Source: Octopus vulgaris (lineage: Eukaryota). From it: 64,000 nucleotides of DNA. Within the stretch, counting starts at the first letter, position 1, and each line of letters starts with the position of its first letter. Positions 40,984-54,932 of this stretch are shown in pieces. Position numbers and translations under genes: made by a program. Below the pieces are notes generated by a model. The model saw only the letters and a list, made by a program, of their open reading frames with translations, ran no database searches and was not told where the DNA came from. Location of the stretch: the NCBI GenBank assembly GCA_951406725.2, contig OX597815.1, positions 131,688,001 through 131,752,000 of the forward strand. The letters run 5' to 3'.

Positions 40984-41268
40984 GAATAAGAGAAAATAAA
41001 CAGAGTGATAATGAAAGAAACTTACAGATTTCAGCGATCCACGTGGTGAATGTGTGATATTTCTGGCTAGGGAAGCAATGACCAAAATTTTCTGTCACAT
41101 AGATATTTGAATCAAATTGACATGTTCATATTATACAGGTATTTTGAAATTTAAAAGAACATTAATCTAACCGGATAAGTATTTATTAGCATCTAAAACT
41201 ATTCGTTATCAGCTCTTACTAGAAACAAAATTTGCTTTGTGGCATTTTTATTAGAAAAAATGTTAAAA

Positions 41269-41650
41269 GGCGCAGGAGTGGCCGTGTCGTAAGTAGCTTG
41301 CCTACCAACCATATGGTTCCGGGTTCATTCCCACTGCGTGGCATCTTAAGCAAGTGTTTTCTACTATAGCCTCGTGAGTAGATTTGGTAGAGAGAAACTG
41401 AAAGAAGCCCGTCGTATATATGCATATATATATGTATGTGTGTATATGTTTGTGTGTCTGTGTTTGTCCCCCAACATCGCTTGACAAACGATGGTATGTG
41501 TTTACGTCCCCCTAACTTGGCAGTTCGGCAAAAGGGCCGGAGAGAATAAGTACTAAGCTTCCAAAGATTAAGTACTGGGATCGATTTGCTCGAGGAAAGG
41601 CGGTGTTCCAGCATGGCCGCACTCAAATGGCTGAAACAAGTAGAAGAGTA
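41269..41650 (+). mobile_element. SINE family A
   Basis: Head and tail match other copies. Confidence 0.9.
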
Positions 41651-41880
41651 TACGATTATAAAGGATGCAACAGCTTTCACAGATTTTTTTATGACATTTG
41701 CCATTCCTTGTCGTCTCATGATAATTCCAACAATAAAACGTCTGAAGCCTATGATGTCATGTGGTTTATATTAATTTTACAGAACATTAGATAAACGATC
41801 TTATGAAAAGTAAGTAATATAGTTTCAATTTTGTTTCTATAATTTTTAAGGCAAGCTTTGCTGGCTTGCTTCCTGGGATT

Positions 41881-41954
<74 letters not shown>

Positions 41955-42006
41955 GAGAGAGAGAGAGAGATATATAGATATATGCGTATATATATATGTA
42001 TATATT

Positions 42007-42054
<48 letters not shown>

Positions 42055-42263
42055 CACACACACACACACATATATATATATATCAAGCTTAATTTGTCTG
42101 TGTATGGCAGGTTTGGTGGCCTTCAGCTAACACTACTTCCTCCGAGACACTGCGGTGCAAGTTGAGCAACATTGAATGTATGATAGAAGAAGACTTGCTC
42201 CCACATTTAAATATTACATGTACATTTATATATTACATATATTACAAATAATGAAAAATCGAA

Positions 42264-42534
42264 TGAACGAGATGTAAACAGTAACTGCTCGACAACGTAG
42301 AAACTGCAGTCCGTGCGTATCACTTAGGTTTACGAGAGAGGGATGACTTCCCTTTGCAAATACCATAAGAGCACAGAAAGTGTGCCTAAAGCCAGCTGGA
42401 GACGATGATCTCCTGGGGCTAAAAGCTACAGTAACACCCACCCTTAGTGGTTAGCCATATTGAGATGGCTAGTATACTTTACGTTGTCGAGCAGTTACTG
42501 TTTACATCTCATTCAGAGATTTATTATTGCTTAT
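42264..42534 (+). mobile_element. Second locus of the 9.6-kb HHR element family, truncated inside the HHR, with a 36-bp inverted leader
   Basis: 42300-42534 matches 9932-10163; 42264-42299 is the reverse complement of its own 3' part. Confidence 0.9.
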
Positions 42535-42550
42535 AATAATATAATATTAC

Positions 42551-42766
42551 ATAATATGATATAATAAAATGATAGAAATATTAAATGTCCATTCTGAATG
42601 AACTAGTACATTAAAGTATGCTTTACAATTTGCAACTATGTAAATTGTAAAACATAACTGGCACCACTACGACATGAATCGGAAGATCGCATAGTTTAAT
42701 GCATGAAAGTACTAGTCCAATCAGAATGGGCATTTAATATTCTATCATTTTATTATATTATATTAT
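42551..42766. mobile_element. MITE-like element with ~58-bp terminal inverted repeats
   Basis: ataataaaatgatagaaatattaaatgtccattctga...actagtac versus gtactagt...tcagaatgggcatttaatattctatcattttattat. Confidence 0.8.
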
Positions 42767-42892
42767 ATTATTATAAGATTTTAAATAAAACGTGAAAATC
42801 AGAGTTGGAATTTCTTTGAGTAACACATACACACACGTACACATACATACATACATACATACATACATACATACATACATACATACATACAT

Positions 42893-42941
<49 letters not shown>

Positions 42942-43029
42942 CATACACATATAGAACGATGGATTGATAACAATATATATATATATGCAAGCAGACACAT
43001 ACACACACACACACATATAAAACATATAT

Positions 43030-43395
43030 GTTTCGAGCAAAGATTGGTCCAGGCTATATCTAACTTAATAGCACCACCTGAGAAGACTAGCTAAATCCCT
43101 TTTAAGTCTCGTTTTGTTGTATCATGATCCATTCGAGTAGGGAGTGAGTTGTATCCAGGTATAGGTTGCTTATCTAGTATTCGTTGAAGATATTTGTCCA
43201 GATTCCATATAAAGGTAATGGGATCCTTTTCCTCTTTGATCTGTTTCGGTACAATGTTAAATGGAGCAGTGTCTGTTGAAGAAAAGAAGTGCTGCAGTGC
43301 ATTTATGTGTTATGATCCTGAATTGGGTAGGAGACGTATGGCCCGTGGTCCTAGCCTTGAATGAATTCTGAAGCTAATGTTGAGGTCGTTTGGGC
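43030..43395 (-). mobile_element. 3' fragment of a second CR1/L2-type LINE subfamily
   Basis: Manual translation PNDLNISFRIHSRLGPRAIR...FNIVPKQIKEEKDPITFIWNLDKYLQRILDKQPIPGY parallels the C-terminus of the 32-kb LINE. Confidence 0.65.
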
Positions 43396-43399
43396 AAAA

Positions 43400-43495
43400 G
43401 GCGGCGAGCTGGCAGAAACGTTAGCACGCCGGGCAGAAATGCTTTGTGGTATTTCGTCTGCCGTTACGTTGTGAGTTCAAATTCCGCCGACTTTT
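43400..43495 (+). mobile_element. SINE family B, 5' fragment
   Basis: ggcggcgagctggcagaaacgttagcacgccggg. Confidence 0.85.
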
Positions 43496-45029
43496 GTCAC
43501 ACATCACTGCGTATGCTTTGAGGAAGCACGAACAGATTATGATATAGTGAAGGAGCTCAGAGTATATTTTAAAATAAGTGATATAAAACATCATTTGTGA
43601 ATATAAGCCGATTTATTTCTGACTGGAAGCTTATATTTTCTTAAAAAACAAAATCTGTCAAATCCAGTAAAAAATTCATCATGAAATGGAACAATGTAGT
43701 TAATGTATGGGTCAGTGTAAAGTGCAATCATAATACGCATGTTGTTCTGCGATTATCATTAATACTATTCTGTCTGGATCTATATTATGTTTCAGTTTCT
43801 CAGTTCAAATCTATCACAAAATTATCCAGACATAGTGACGTCGTTTATATATAAACGGTGTCCATAGCTGAGTTTACATTGGCGATTATAGTTTTGTCAC
43901 TTAGCACAAGCCGATTGCATGCTTGCATAAAACAGAAGAAATTCTCCTGATGTTCCTCTATTTCAAAATGGATGAAGACCCTAAGAAACTTTTAATGGCA
44001 TAACTTGTGGTTGCTGTTGAAATAGGAGCGAAATTGGACTCTAATAGAAGCCATTGTCTTATCAAAAAGGTAATATAGATAGGAAGATGAATTGCGTTAT
44101 TTACAAAAAGATGGATAGGTTAAGTCAGAAATGCCTTTGATAATTAATATGTTGCAACCCAGTTGCCTTGGAGCTCAACTACAACAACCGTAATGAAAGA
44201 AACGACTCAATATATCAATACATTTCTCGTAAGGATGAACAAAAACCTATAGGAAGATGTGTTTATTATAAATCGCAGTTTTTTTGTGAATGTTTGTTTA
44301 AGTGTTGATTTCTAACTCCAGAAAAATATAGACGGTGCTCCAGTATGACCGCATCCAATGAGCGAACAACTAAAATAATCTAATAGTTGAAATGAATATT
44401 AAATTCAACGTGGAACTGAAATTACTTCATTTGCTTCTGTTGATAACTGCGATAGCTTTTATAATTATGCGCTCTCTATATACAAAGACTACTTAAAAAA
44501 TTACCTATTGGATGTGTACAAGAATTTGATCGATTATTGAAGCATTTCCATAATTACAACTATATTTATTGCATTGTTCCCAATTTGAAAGAATTGATTA
44601 AAAATGGTTCCAAACTTTTATATATTCATATATATTTTATTGACCAATAAGTGCCGTGGCATTTCTATAAGTTTAGACAATTAAATTAATAAACAGGTAA
44701 ATTGCTCAAACGTTACCTCACCGGGGATTAAAATTATATTACATAGAAAATTAAATTGCTATTATAGCAAAACATAAAATAAATCGACGGAATACGTAGC
44801 GAAGTTGAAATGGTTCAGTAGGCGACTCATTAGTCAGTCCAACTTACGTGTCGTAGTTTCGAATATGGTATCAAACTTTCGAGCTATGAAGAACATAAAT
44901 TACCAATAAAATTCATGGTGATTCTTCATAGAGCAAAGATACGAGATTTGTTTGGAACGATTAACTTCTGTTGAGAGGTACCGAATACAAAGAGTAGAAT
45001 TCGTTTGCTTTACGCATATAAGCATATGT

Positions 45030-45465
45030 ATGTCTGCGTGGCTAAAAAGCGCGCAGTGCAACCACGTAATTCCGAGTTCGGTATCACTGCTTGGAAAGGT
45101 GAGTTCTACTCTAGCGTTGGGGCGATGGATATTTTGTGAGTGTATTCAAAAGAATGAAAGTTTTTGGAAACCTCTCCCTCTCCCCTTCTTTTTCTGTAAA
45201 TATTTATATGTGTGTGTGTGTGTTTGCGTTTGTGTGTGTGTTTTTACGTATGTATGATTGCGTGGGTATTTCACCATCTGCTGCTTCACAACCGTTGTTA
45301 GCGTGTTTGCATCCCCATCATAATACAGGGGATCTGTAAAAAAGCCGATACAAAAATATCAAATTGAAAAATTAATAAATGCCGAGTTCGATTTGATCAG
45401 TCGATCACTTCGAGATGGTGACATAGCATAGTTGTTATCCAGTGACAGACACAAGTGAAAGCAGC
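45030..45465 (+). mobile_element. Highly degenerate SINE family A copy
   Basis: Residual head (aaccacgtaattccgagttcg), TG tract and tail. Confidence 0.55.
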
Positions 45466-45922
45466 AAGGGGGAAATAATATCTAAACCCAAACCACTATC
45501 ATTATAAGCAATAAATACATCCCTGCTACAGGTTGGTATATATTGCATATTGCTAGAAAGCTCCACGCGAATGATTGATATAACCATATAATCCCTGGGT
45601 TATAAAGCATACCATTGAAGTTAGCTTTGAAGAAAACACGGCGCATTGGTGAGAAAGCTTTTTGAAGCACATAACAGTACGAATCCTCATATGACAAAGG
45701 AAAACCATAAATCAATTAACAATGAAAGCGAACTAAACGCTCCTTAATGTTATTGTGCTGTGGGTAGTAAAGGATTTGCGCTACACTCTAACTCATAATA
45801 ACTTCATATTATACTTGTACAAAGATAAATTATTTGGGCATGCACTCAATGTATCATTGGAGAGGAAACACATAATTTAATTACTGCTGAAGTTTAGTAC
45901 ATTGCTCTAACCACAATTATAT

Positions 45923-45976
<54 letters not shown>

Positions 45977-46093
45977 AATATAAGAGAGTGTTCACTATAT
46001 TGATCACTCTAGCACTAGTTAATCCAAGAGGTTTCAACCACGAAAAATACATGTTTCCCATGAAAGCCGGTACGACTGTTAGTTCACACGGAC

Positions 46094-46171
46094 CTTGGGA
46101 CAATTGTTTCGCTATTAATGAATTAAATGTAATATTACTTACAGTAATCCATTTGTAGCTCTTCAGCCAAG
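46094..46171 (-). ncRNA. Canonical type I hammerhead ribozyme, intact
   Basis: Minus strand CTTGG-CTGAAGA-GCTA...TAGC-GAAAC-AATT-GTC-CCAAG. Confidence 0.9.
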
Positions 46172-46187
46172 GCTATCTTATCGTTGC

Positions 46188-46262
46188 CTTGGCTGAAGAG
46201 CTACAAATATTATGTAAGTAATATTACATTTAATTCATTAATAGCGAAACAATTGTCCCAAG
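46188..46262 (+). ncRNA. Canonical type I hammerhead ribozyme, intact; predicted cleavage after C46257
   Basis: Stem I CTTGG/CCAAG, core CTGAAGA, stem II GCTA/TAGC, GAAAC-AATT-GTC. Confidence 0.92.
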
Positions 46263-46538
46263 ATAATCTGTATTTTTGTTATTTTTTATTTGCCCTGTCC
46301 GTGTGAACTAACAGTCGTACCGGCTTTCATGGGAAACATGTATTTTTCGTGGTTGAAACCTCTTGGATTAACTAGTGCTAGAGTGATCAATATAGTGAAC
46401 ACTCTCTTATATTTATTTTGAAAATATTATAATATGTTATAAAATATTATAATAATCCAGGTTTCTCGTAGCACTAGGCCACTTGGTGTGGAATAAATAT
46501 ACTATTAAATTAGTATCTAATTCTCTCACCCTTATTAA

Positions 46539-46589
<51 letters not shown>

Positions 46590-46748
46590 AAGTTGGTTTG
46601 TGAAAGCACGTGGTTGAATATATATAAAATAGTAAACAGTGAAAAAACTACAGAAGGCTTGTTTTAAAAGGTTAAAAAATATATATTTGAGTCAATATGT
46701 CTGAAGAATCTTATAAATTTTGTTTCTTACAATGACATAGTTTAGAAG

Positions 46749-46782
46749 AAATGACGGGTTTCGCGTTCAGCTTTTCAAATTT
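46749..46782 (-). ncRNA. Minimal type I hammerhead, U3-A8 variant, mirror copy
   Basis: Minus strand AAAT-TTGAAAA-GC-tgaac-GC-GAAA-CCCG-TC-ATTT. Confidence 0.65.
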
Positions 46783-46810
46783 GAAAAGCTGAACGCGAAA
46801 CCGGTCATTT
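46777..46810 (+). ncRNA. Minimal (34-nt) type I hammerhead, U3-A8 variant; predicted cleavage after 46806
   Basis: AAAT-TTGAAAA-GC-tgaac-GC-GAAA-CCGG-TC-ATTT. Confidence 0.8.
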
Positions 46811-46839
46811 CTTCTAAACTATATCATTGTAAGAAAGTA

Positions 46840-49240
<2,401 letters not shown>

Positions 49241-50551
49241 AAGAACATACACACACGCATTCACGCACACGCACGTGCACACATCATATACATATGTGTT
49301 TGTGTATGTATGTATGTATGTATGTATGTATAAAAATGCAAGACATTAAAATAACAGTGTATTCTTGATACATCCCCAAAGCTTGTTACAAACGATACAA
49401 ATACAGACACATTAGATGTCTACCCGACGTGTGTTTCTACTGCATAGATATCCCACTTGCATTATAATTTCATCCATGGTAAACGTATACATGCATCTTT
49501 ATTGAAGGTGTTTTACAACTACGAGTATCAATCGATGTAATTCGCCAGAACCTGAATAATACCGGAATATTTGTGAGGTACCTGCCCAGATTTAATACCC
49601 CTATTTCTTCGCATTATACACACACACACATACACACATCTATACATATATACATATATTTTATTTTTACGCATGTATATAGAAACAAGAAGCAAGAAAG
49701 ATTGAAAGAGTGTGTATGGGTGAAGGTGTGAAAAAAAGAAGTAAATAAAATTATAAGGACACGTGGATATTTGCTTCGGATAAGCATCCAAAGGATTCTT
49801 CTATTTCAGAGCTCGTGTTGAACCGTTTTGATGTATTAAGAAATTTAGTATTAAACAGAAATGTATTTGGTATACATCGGAGACTGTTACCTCTATCGCG
49901 TAAGAACATCATTAAAAAATTCGCAATAAAGTTAATTTTGTCCACGTAGAATATTAGTAATATTCTTCTTCTCTATGAAGTTTACAATAGAGTTTATTAC
50001 TCTCTGAACATCTAAAAATAAGATAGAATTATATTTAAGAGACCATAACTAAATGTTGTTATGTTATATTATTACAATGCTCCTCGGGGAATTTCTGAAT
50101 TACTTCCTTCATAAATAAGAAAGCTGTAAAAATCTCAAAGGAATATCAATAAATTCTATATTAAATATTCTCATAAACAGTTCTAAAATATATTTTAATA
50201 TAGTGCAAGACTATTTTCTCCATACTACAACACCAAGCAATATAAAATACGATTCGAATTTTCTGTTTCATACAGGATTTGAAATTTCATATTTAGTGTG
50301 AATTAAGAATATATAACGAATGCAGCTGAAATTCTCAAAAGGAAATATGTTTAATGATTATTATTTTATTTGTATGCATTACACAAAGTTTCGGTTTCAA
50401 TGGCTTGAACATAGCTAGATCACATCAGTGAGCAGACGATTACACGAGACAAACAGAATTTGTGATGAATATTTTAGAATTTGAGCTAAGATATAAGTGT
50501 ATATCTTAGAAATTTTAAGTGAATTACGCTAATATAGACTCTCTGTGTGTG

Positions 50552-50658
50552 TATATGTATGTGTAATGCGTGTGTATATGTATGTGTAGTGCGTGTGTAT
50601 ATGTATGTGTAGTGCGTGTGTATATATGTTTTGTTATCTCTTTCCTCTCTCTCTCTGT

Positions 50659-50715
<57 letters not shown>

Positions 50716-50806
50716 GAGAAAGAGAGGAAAGAGATAACAAAACATATATACACACGCACTACACATACATATACACACGCACTACACATACATATACACA
50801 CGCATT

Positions 50807-50819
<13 letters not shown>
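50552..50819. repeat. Near-perfect inverted repeat centred on a (TA)n tract, arms containing a 22-bp minisatellite
   Basis: ttttgttatctctttcctctc versus gagaggaaagagataacaaaa. Confidence 0.9.
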
Positions 50820-50851
<32 letters not shown>

Positions 50852-50856
<5 letters not shown>

Positions 50857-51545
50857 GGTGCAATGGGTATATTGTGGCCGTATTATATTATTAGTTTCGC
50901 GCATGCGCATTGTTTGATTTGGATTTTGTCGACTACATAGTATCATTGGGACAGCTGGGCACCGATTGTGAGAAAAACAGCAACATGACGTAATTCACTC
51001 TGCCACAAAGTTGGAAACGGCTTGGAATTCGTGTAGGAAGCTCCAATACGAAAATTGCAGAGTTTTGGATGTCAATCTGAGGACAGTGCAACGTGAGGAC
51101 CTGTACCGAGAGTGATAAAAATCACCTGTACCGAGAGTGATTACTAGTGATGGCAACGTTATGCCCCCGCTTCATCTTCCCACGTGGCCTCAAACTCAAG
51201 ACGGACGCATAATCATGTGGCTTGAAGACGTATTGCTGCCCTGCGTCAACAAGGTGGCTGCTGGAAGACCCTATGCCTGGCATCGGACCCTGTACCCTCC
51301 TACACCAGCAGGAAAATCCAGTCATGGCTCTCAGACAACTTCTGTGACCACATCACCCCTAAAATCTGGCCCCAGATTGCAACTCCCCTTGATTATTATG
51401 TGTGGAGAACAGTCGAGTGAGAGACCAGCAAAACTATTTCTTCCGCCAAAGGCAAGGATTATGGCAGTATTCCCCATCTTACAGAAGGAGACCGTCCAGA
51501 AGAGTTGCAGGTGATTGCGAAGTCGTCCGAAGCCCGTGTTTGAAT
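50852..51545 (+). mobile_element. Deleted Tc1/mariner-superfamily remnant, probably maT/DD37D-like
   Basis: TA-CAGGGTG start; frameshifted GRPYAW...WLSDNFCDHITPKIWP...DCN-PLDYYVW. Confidence 0.75.
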
Positions 51546-51724
51546 ACTTAAATCCTTAAAATGTTTTAGCCCGAAGGCCGCGGCCATGCTGGGGCACCAC
51601 CGCTGTTTAGTATTTCAAAATAATTTAATGTTTTTTTTTGGTAAATATATCTGTTAAATTGAGTTATCAGTGTTATTTTCACTTTTGTGTAATTTGGACA
51701 ATATATTGCACGCAACCTGGGTCT

Positions 51725-51760
<36 letters not shown>

Positions 51761-51885
51761 CTGTATGTATGTATGTATGTCTGTATGTATGTATGTAGAA
51801 GGTTGAAAAGGAACACACGAGTTGATATATATGGAAAAAAGAGACAACACAGAAAATGGTAAATTAATTTTATAAAAAAACATTT

Positions 51886-51921
51886 CAGTACCGGTTTCAG
51901 GCATTGAGACTTTTTCAACTG
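51886..51921 (-). ncRNA. Minimal hammerhead, U3-A8 variant, one stem II mismatch
   Basis: Minus strand CAG-TTGAAAA-AGTC-tcaat-GCCT-GAAA-CCGG-TA-CTG. Confidence 0.7.
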
Positions 51922-53213
51922 TAAGTATGGAAAACAATTAAATTTTGGAAAGATTAAAAGAAAAGTTTTTTAAGAGATTATTTGAATAGTGCTCAAATAC
52001 AAGTAGCATTTTCCTTGTTTCTGCATGTTTCTCTCTCTCTTGTTTCCTCTTGTGGGTTCGAGGTCGTTGTGAATTCTTCGTAGGGAAGAAGAAGAAGAAG
52101 AAGAAGAAGAAGAAGAAGAAGAAGAAGAAGAAGAAGAAGAAGAAGAAGAAGAAGAAGAAGAAGAAGAATGCGGGAGAGCCATAACAGTAGTATGTTGAAT
52201 GGCCAACTGCCCCGAAGGTGAACCGCAGTGAATAACAGCATTGATTGAATTCCTGAAACATCTCTTTTGAATGTTTTGGTTATAAAACTTGCGTAGGTGT
52301 TATTCTAAATAGCAACAGTGGTAAAGTTGGGAAGGAGGTGGCGAAGAGGAAGAAGAAGAAAGAGAAGGGACAATAAGAAGGAATGTAGGTAGTATGATAG
52401 CAGTAAGGTGTTAATGGTCAAGTGACATAAAATTGGATCGTTATGGATTATAGCAGTCACTGGAACTGTTTTTTAATGAATTCTTGGGAATCTTTTGAGT
52501 GCATCATTTTTAATATTTGCGTGTTATTCTAAGGCCGTGGTGGATATGTCGTTTGTTGTAGGCGCCTTCAAAAGGGGTCTATATTTTGTAATAAAGAGAG
52601 TCTCTTTACTAATTCGTTGGCTACAGGTTGTATCGTCCCTGAATTGGTAGAGGGGAAAAATTCTGAAGCTTGGATTTTTGTTATTGACACAAAGGTCTAT
52701 GAGTTGGCTGAATGCTATTTTTCTGTTTTGGGGAATTTTGATCTGAAATCTGAGCAGAGCCATTCTTTTACATAGACTGGTTTTTGTTTGCCCTATGTAT
52801 TCCTCTCGACACCCAGAGCAAGTTAGTGCGAATATGAAGTTCTCCGAAGCACATGTGAAGTTCATTTTCACTGTGAAACATTGTCCCTGAAGGAGAGCTC
52901 TGATCCCTCAATTGAATTGACGCATATCCCACAGTTACGTCTTCCGCATTTTTTACTGACGGCGTCTGTGTTGTCGTTGAGCGTATTCAGGCTTGTGTTA
53001 GGAGACTTTTCATAAATTTAGGCTGTCTCTTGCTTTTTATCAAGGCGTGTGTTTTTGGAGGATTAAGGTCATTCTGTGGTCCTTTTTTAGCAGGGGAATG
53101 TTTTGACGGATACTGTCAAAGGCTTCATTGTTGAAAGGGTTGTGCGTGATGTATGTTAGGGCTTTTGGTTGTAAATCCTTCTTTAATTTGAGATGGCTGA
53201 GTTCCTGGATGTT

Positions 53214-53393
53214 GAGCAGCAGGAATAAAGCCACTGATGAGTCTAGATTTGCTGTATTTCCTGACAGTGGTCTAGTGTAGGTCTGGAGACTTTGTGATCA
53301 AGAATTTGATGTGAAAAGATTGCAGCCAATAATGAAACATGGCAGCTATTCTGTGATGGTCTGAGGAGCAATTTAGAGCAATGGTTGATCAAA
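53214..53393 (+). repeat. 180-bp copy of the neighbouring Tc1 segment 55384-55563 inserted in the PLE
   Basis: Identical apart from 2 substitutions by eye. Confidence 0.93.
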
Positions 53394-54505
53394 TGGTTGA
53401 AAGCATACGTCAATTAGTTCCTGGTAATGAGTGGGTAGTTTCTGGTAATGAGTGTATCCTTTAGTTCATGAAATCGTGTGTCTCTGATGTTTGCATTAGA
53501 AACTATAGCACATATCCTTTTTGCTAGGTTGAAGGGGATATTCATTCTGATGTATTTGGGGAGGCATGAATTGAGCGGTAGATATTGCTTGGAGTCCGTA
53601 GGCTTATAGTATATATCTCTTTCTATTACGTTGTTAGATTTCTTAATGAGGATGTCGAGGAAGGGCAGTTGTTGCTGGCTATATTGAATGTTTACGTCAA
53701 GTCCATTTAAAAGTGCTTGGATTTCTTTAAGTTTCTCCGTATTTTCATGCCGAAGAATGAAACAGTCATCCAGGTATCTCTTCCAGTTATTTTCTGTGTA
53801 GGAGGAGAGGAGAATGGGATGCCGTATTTTTCTAGAATCTTACGATAAAGACTAATTTCTAGAAATACAATGACTAGGTTAGCAAAGGAGGGGGCCATTC
53901 TCGTACCCATCGCAGTCCCCGATTTTTTTGGTAGAAGTTGTCTTTGAAGACGAAGCAGTTATTGTCCAGAATGAATTTTAGCCCTTCTATCACGAATTCT
54001 TTTTTGATGCGATGTGGGAGTTCGTTGGCGTAATTCTCTAGCCAGAATTGAATTGCCTCTATTCCTAGATTGTGGGAGATATTTGAATAGAGTTTGAATA
54101 CGTCGAAGGATACTAGTAGGGTGGTTTTGTTTATTGTTTTAAGAAGGTTATTGAGCATATCCATGTCGTCCCTTATATAGCTTTTGACATGCTTAAAGAA
54201 TGGTTTTAAGAGGGTATCTAAAAAATTACTGAGGCGGTGGGTTTCACATGCAGGACCCGCATTCTTCTTCTTCTTCTTCTTCTTCTTCTTCTTCTTCTTC
54301 TTCTTCTTCTTCTTCTTCTTCTTCTTCTTCTTCTTCTTCTTCCCTACCAAGAATTCACAACGACTTCGAACCCGCAAGAGTAAACAAGAGAGAGAGAAAC
54401 AGACAGAAACAAGGATAATGCCACTTGTATTTGAACACTATGCAAATATTCTTTTAAAAAACTTTTCATTTAAGTTTTCCAAAATTTAATTGTTTTCCAT
54501 ACTTA

Positions 54506-54541
54506 CAGTTGAAAAAGTCTCAATGACTGAAACCGGTACTG
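54506..54541 (+). ncRNA. Minimal hammerhead, U3-A8 variant, apparently intact; predicted cleavage after 54538
   Basis: CAG-TTGAAAA-AGTC-tcaat-GACT-GAAA-CCGG-TA-CTG. Confidence 0.8.
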
Positions 54542-54592
54542 AAATGTTTTTTATAAAATTATTTTACTCTTTTCTACCTTGACCTTTTCCCC

Positions 54593-54723
<131 letters not shown>

Positions 54724-54724
54724 T

Positions 54725-54930
54725 ATATTAGTTGTTTTAGTCATTTGACCGCGACCATGCCTTTAGCCGAACAAATCGACCCGAGGACATATTCTTTGTA
54801 AGCGTAGTATTTATCTTATCGGTCTCTTATGCCAAACCGCTAAGTTACAGGGACGTAAGCACCAAAAAATTGGGTGTCAAGCGATCGTGTGGGGACAAAC
54901 ACAGATACGCACACAAATATACACATATAT
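54725..54930 (-). mobile_element. SINE family A, 3' half
   Basis: gtcatttgaccgcgaccatgc...gggacaaacacaga. Confidence 0.8.
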
Positions 54931-54932
54931 AT

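Larger units (their letters stand above)
45973..46545. mobile_element. ORF-less inverted pLTR pair with two divergent canonical hammerheads
   Basis: Arms 45973-46173 / 46186-46417, 12-nt spacer, 34-nt extra segment in the right arm. Confidence 0.9.
46723..46836. repeat. 114-bp spacerless palindrome (2 mismatches) encoding back-to-back minimal hammerheads
   Basis: Axis caaa|tttg at 46779/46780. Confidence 0.95.

Noticed and set aside
53231-53270. ccaCTGATGAGtc...cagtgg resembling an HHR (also at 55401-55440)
   Set aside because: No stem II-GAAA; it is Tc1 coding sequence around the first catalytic D
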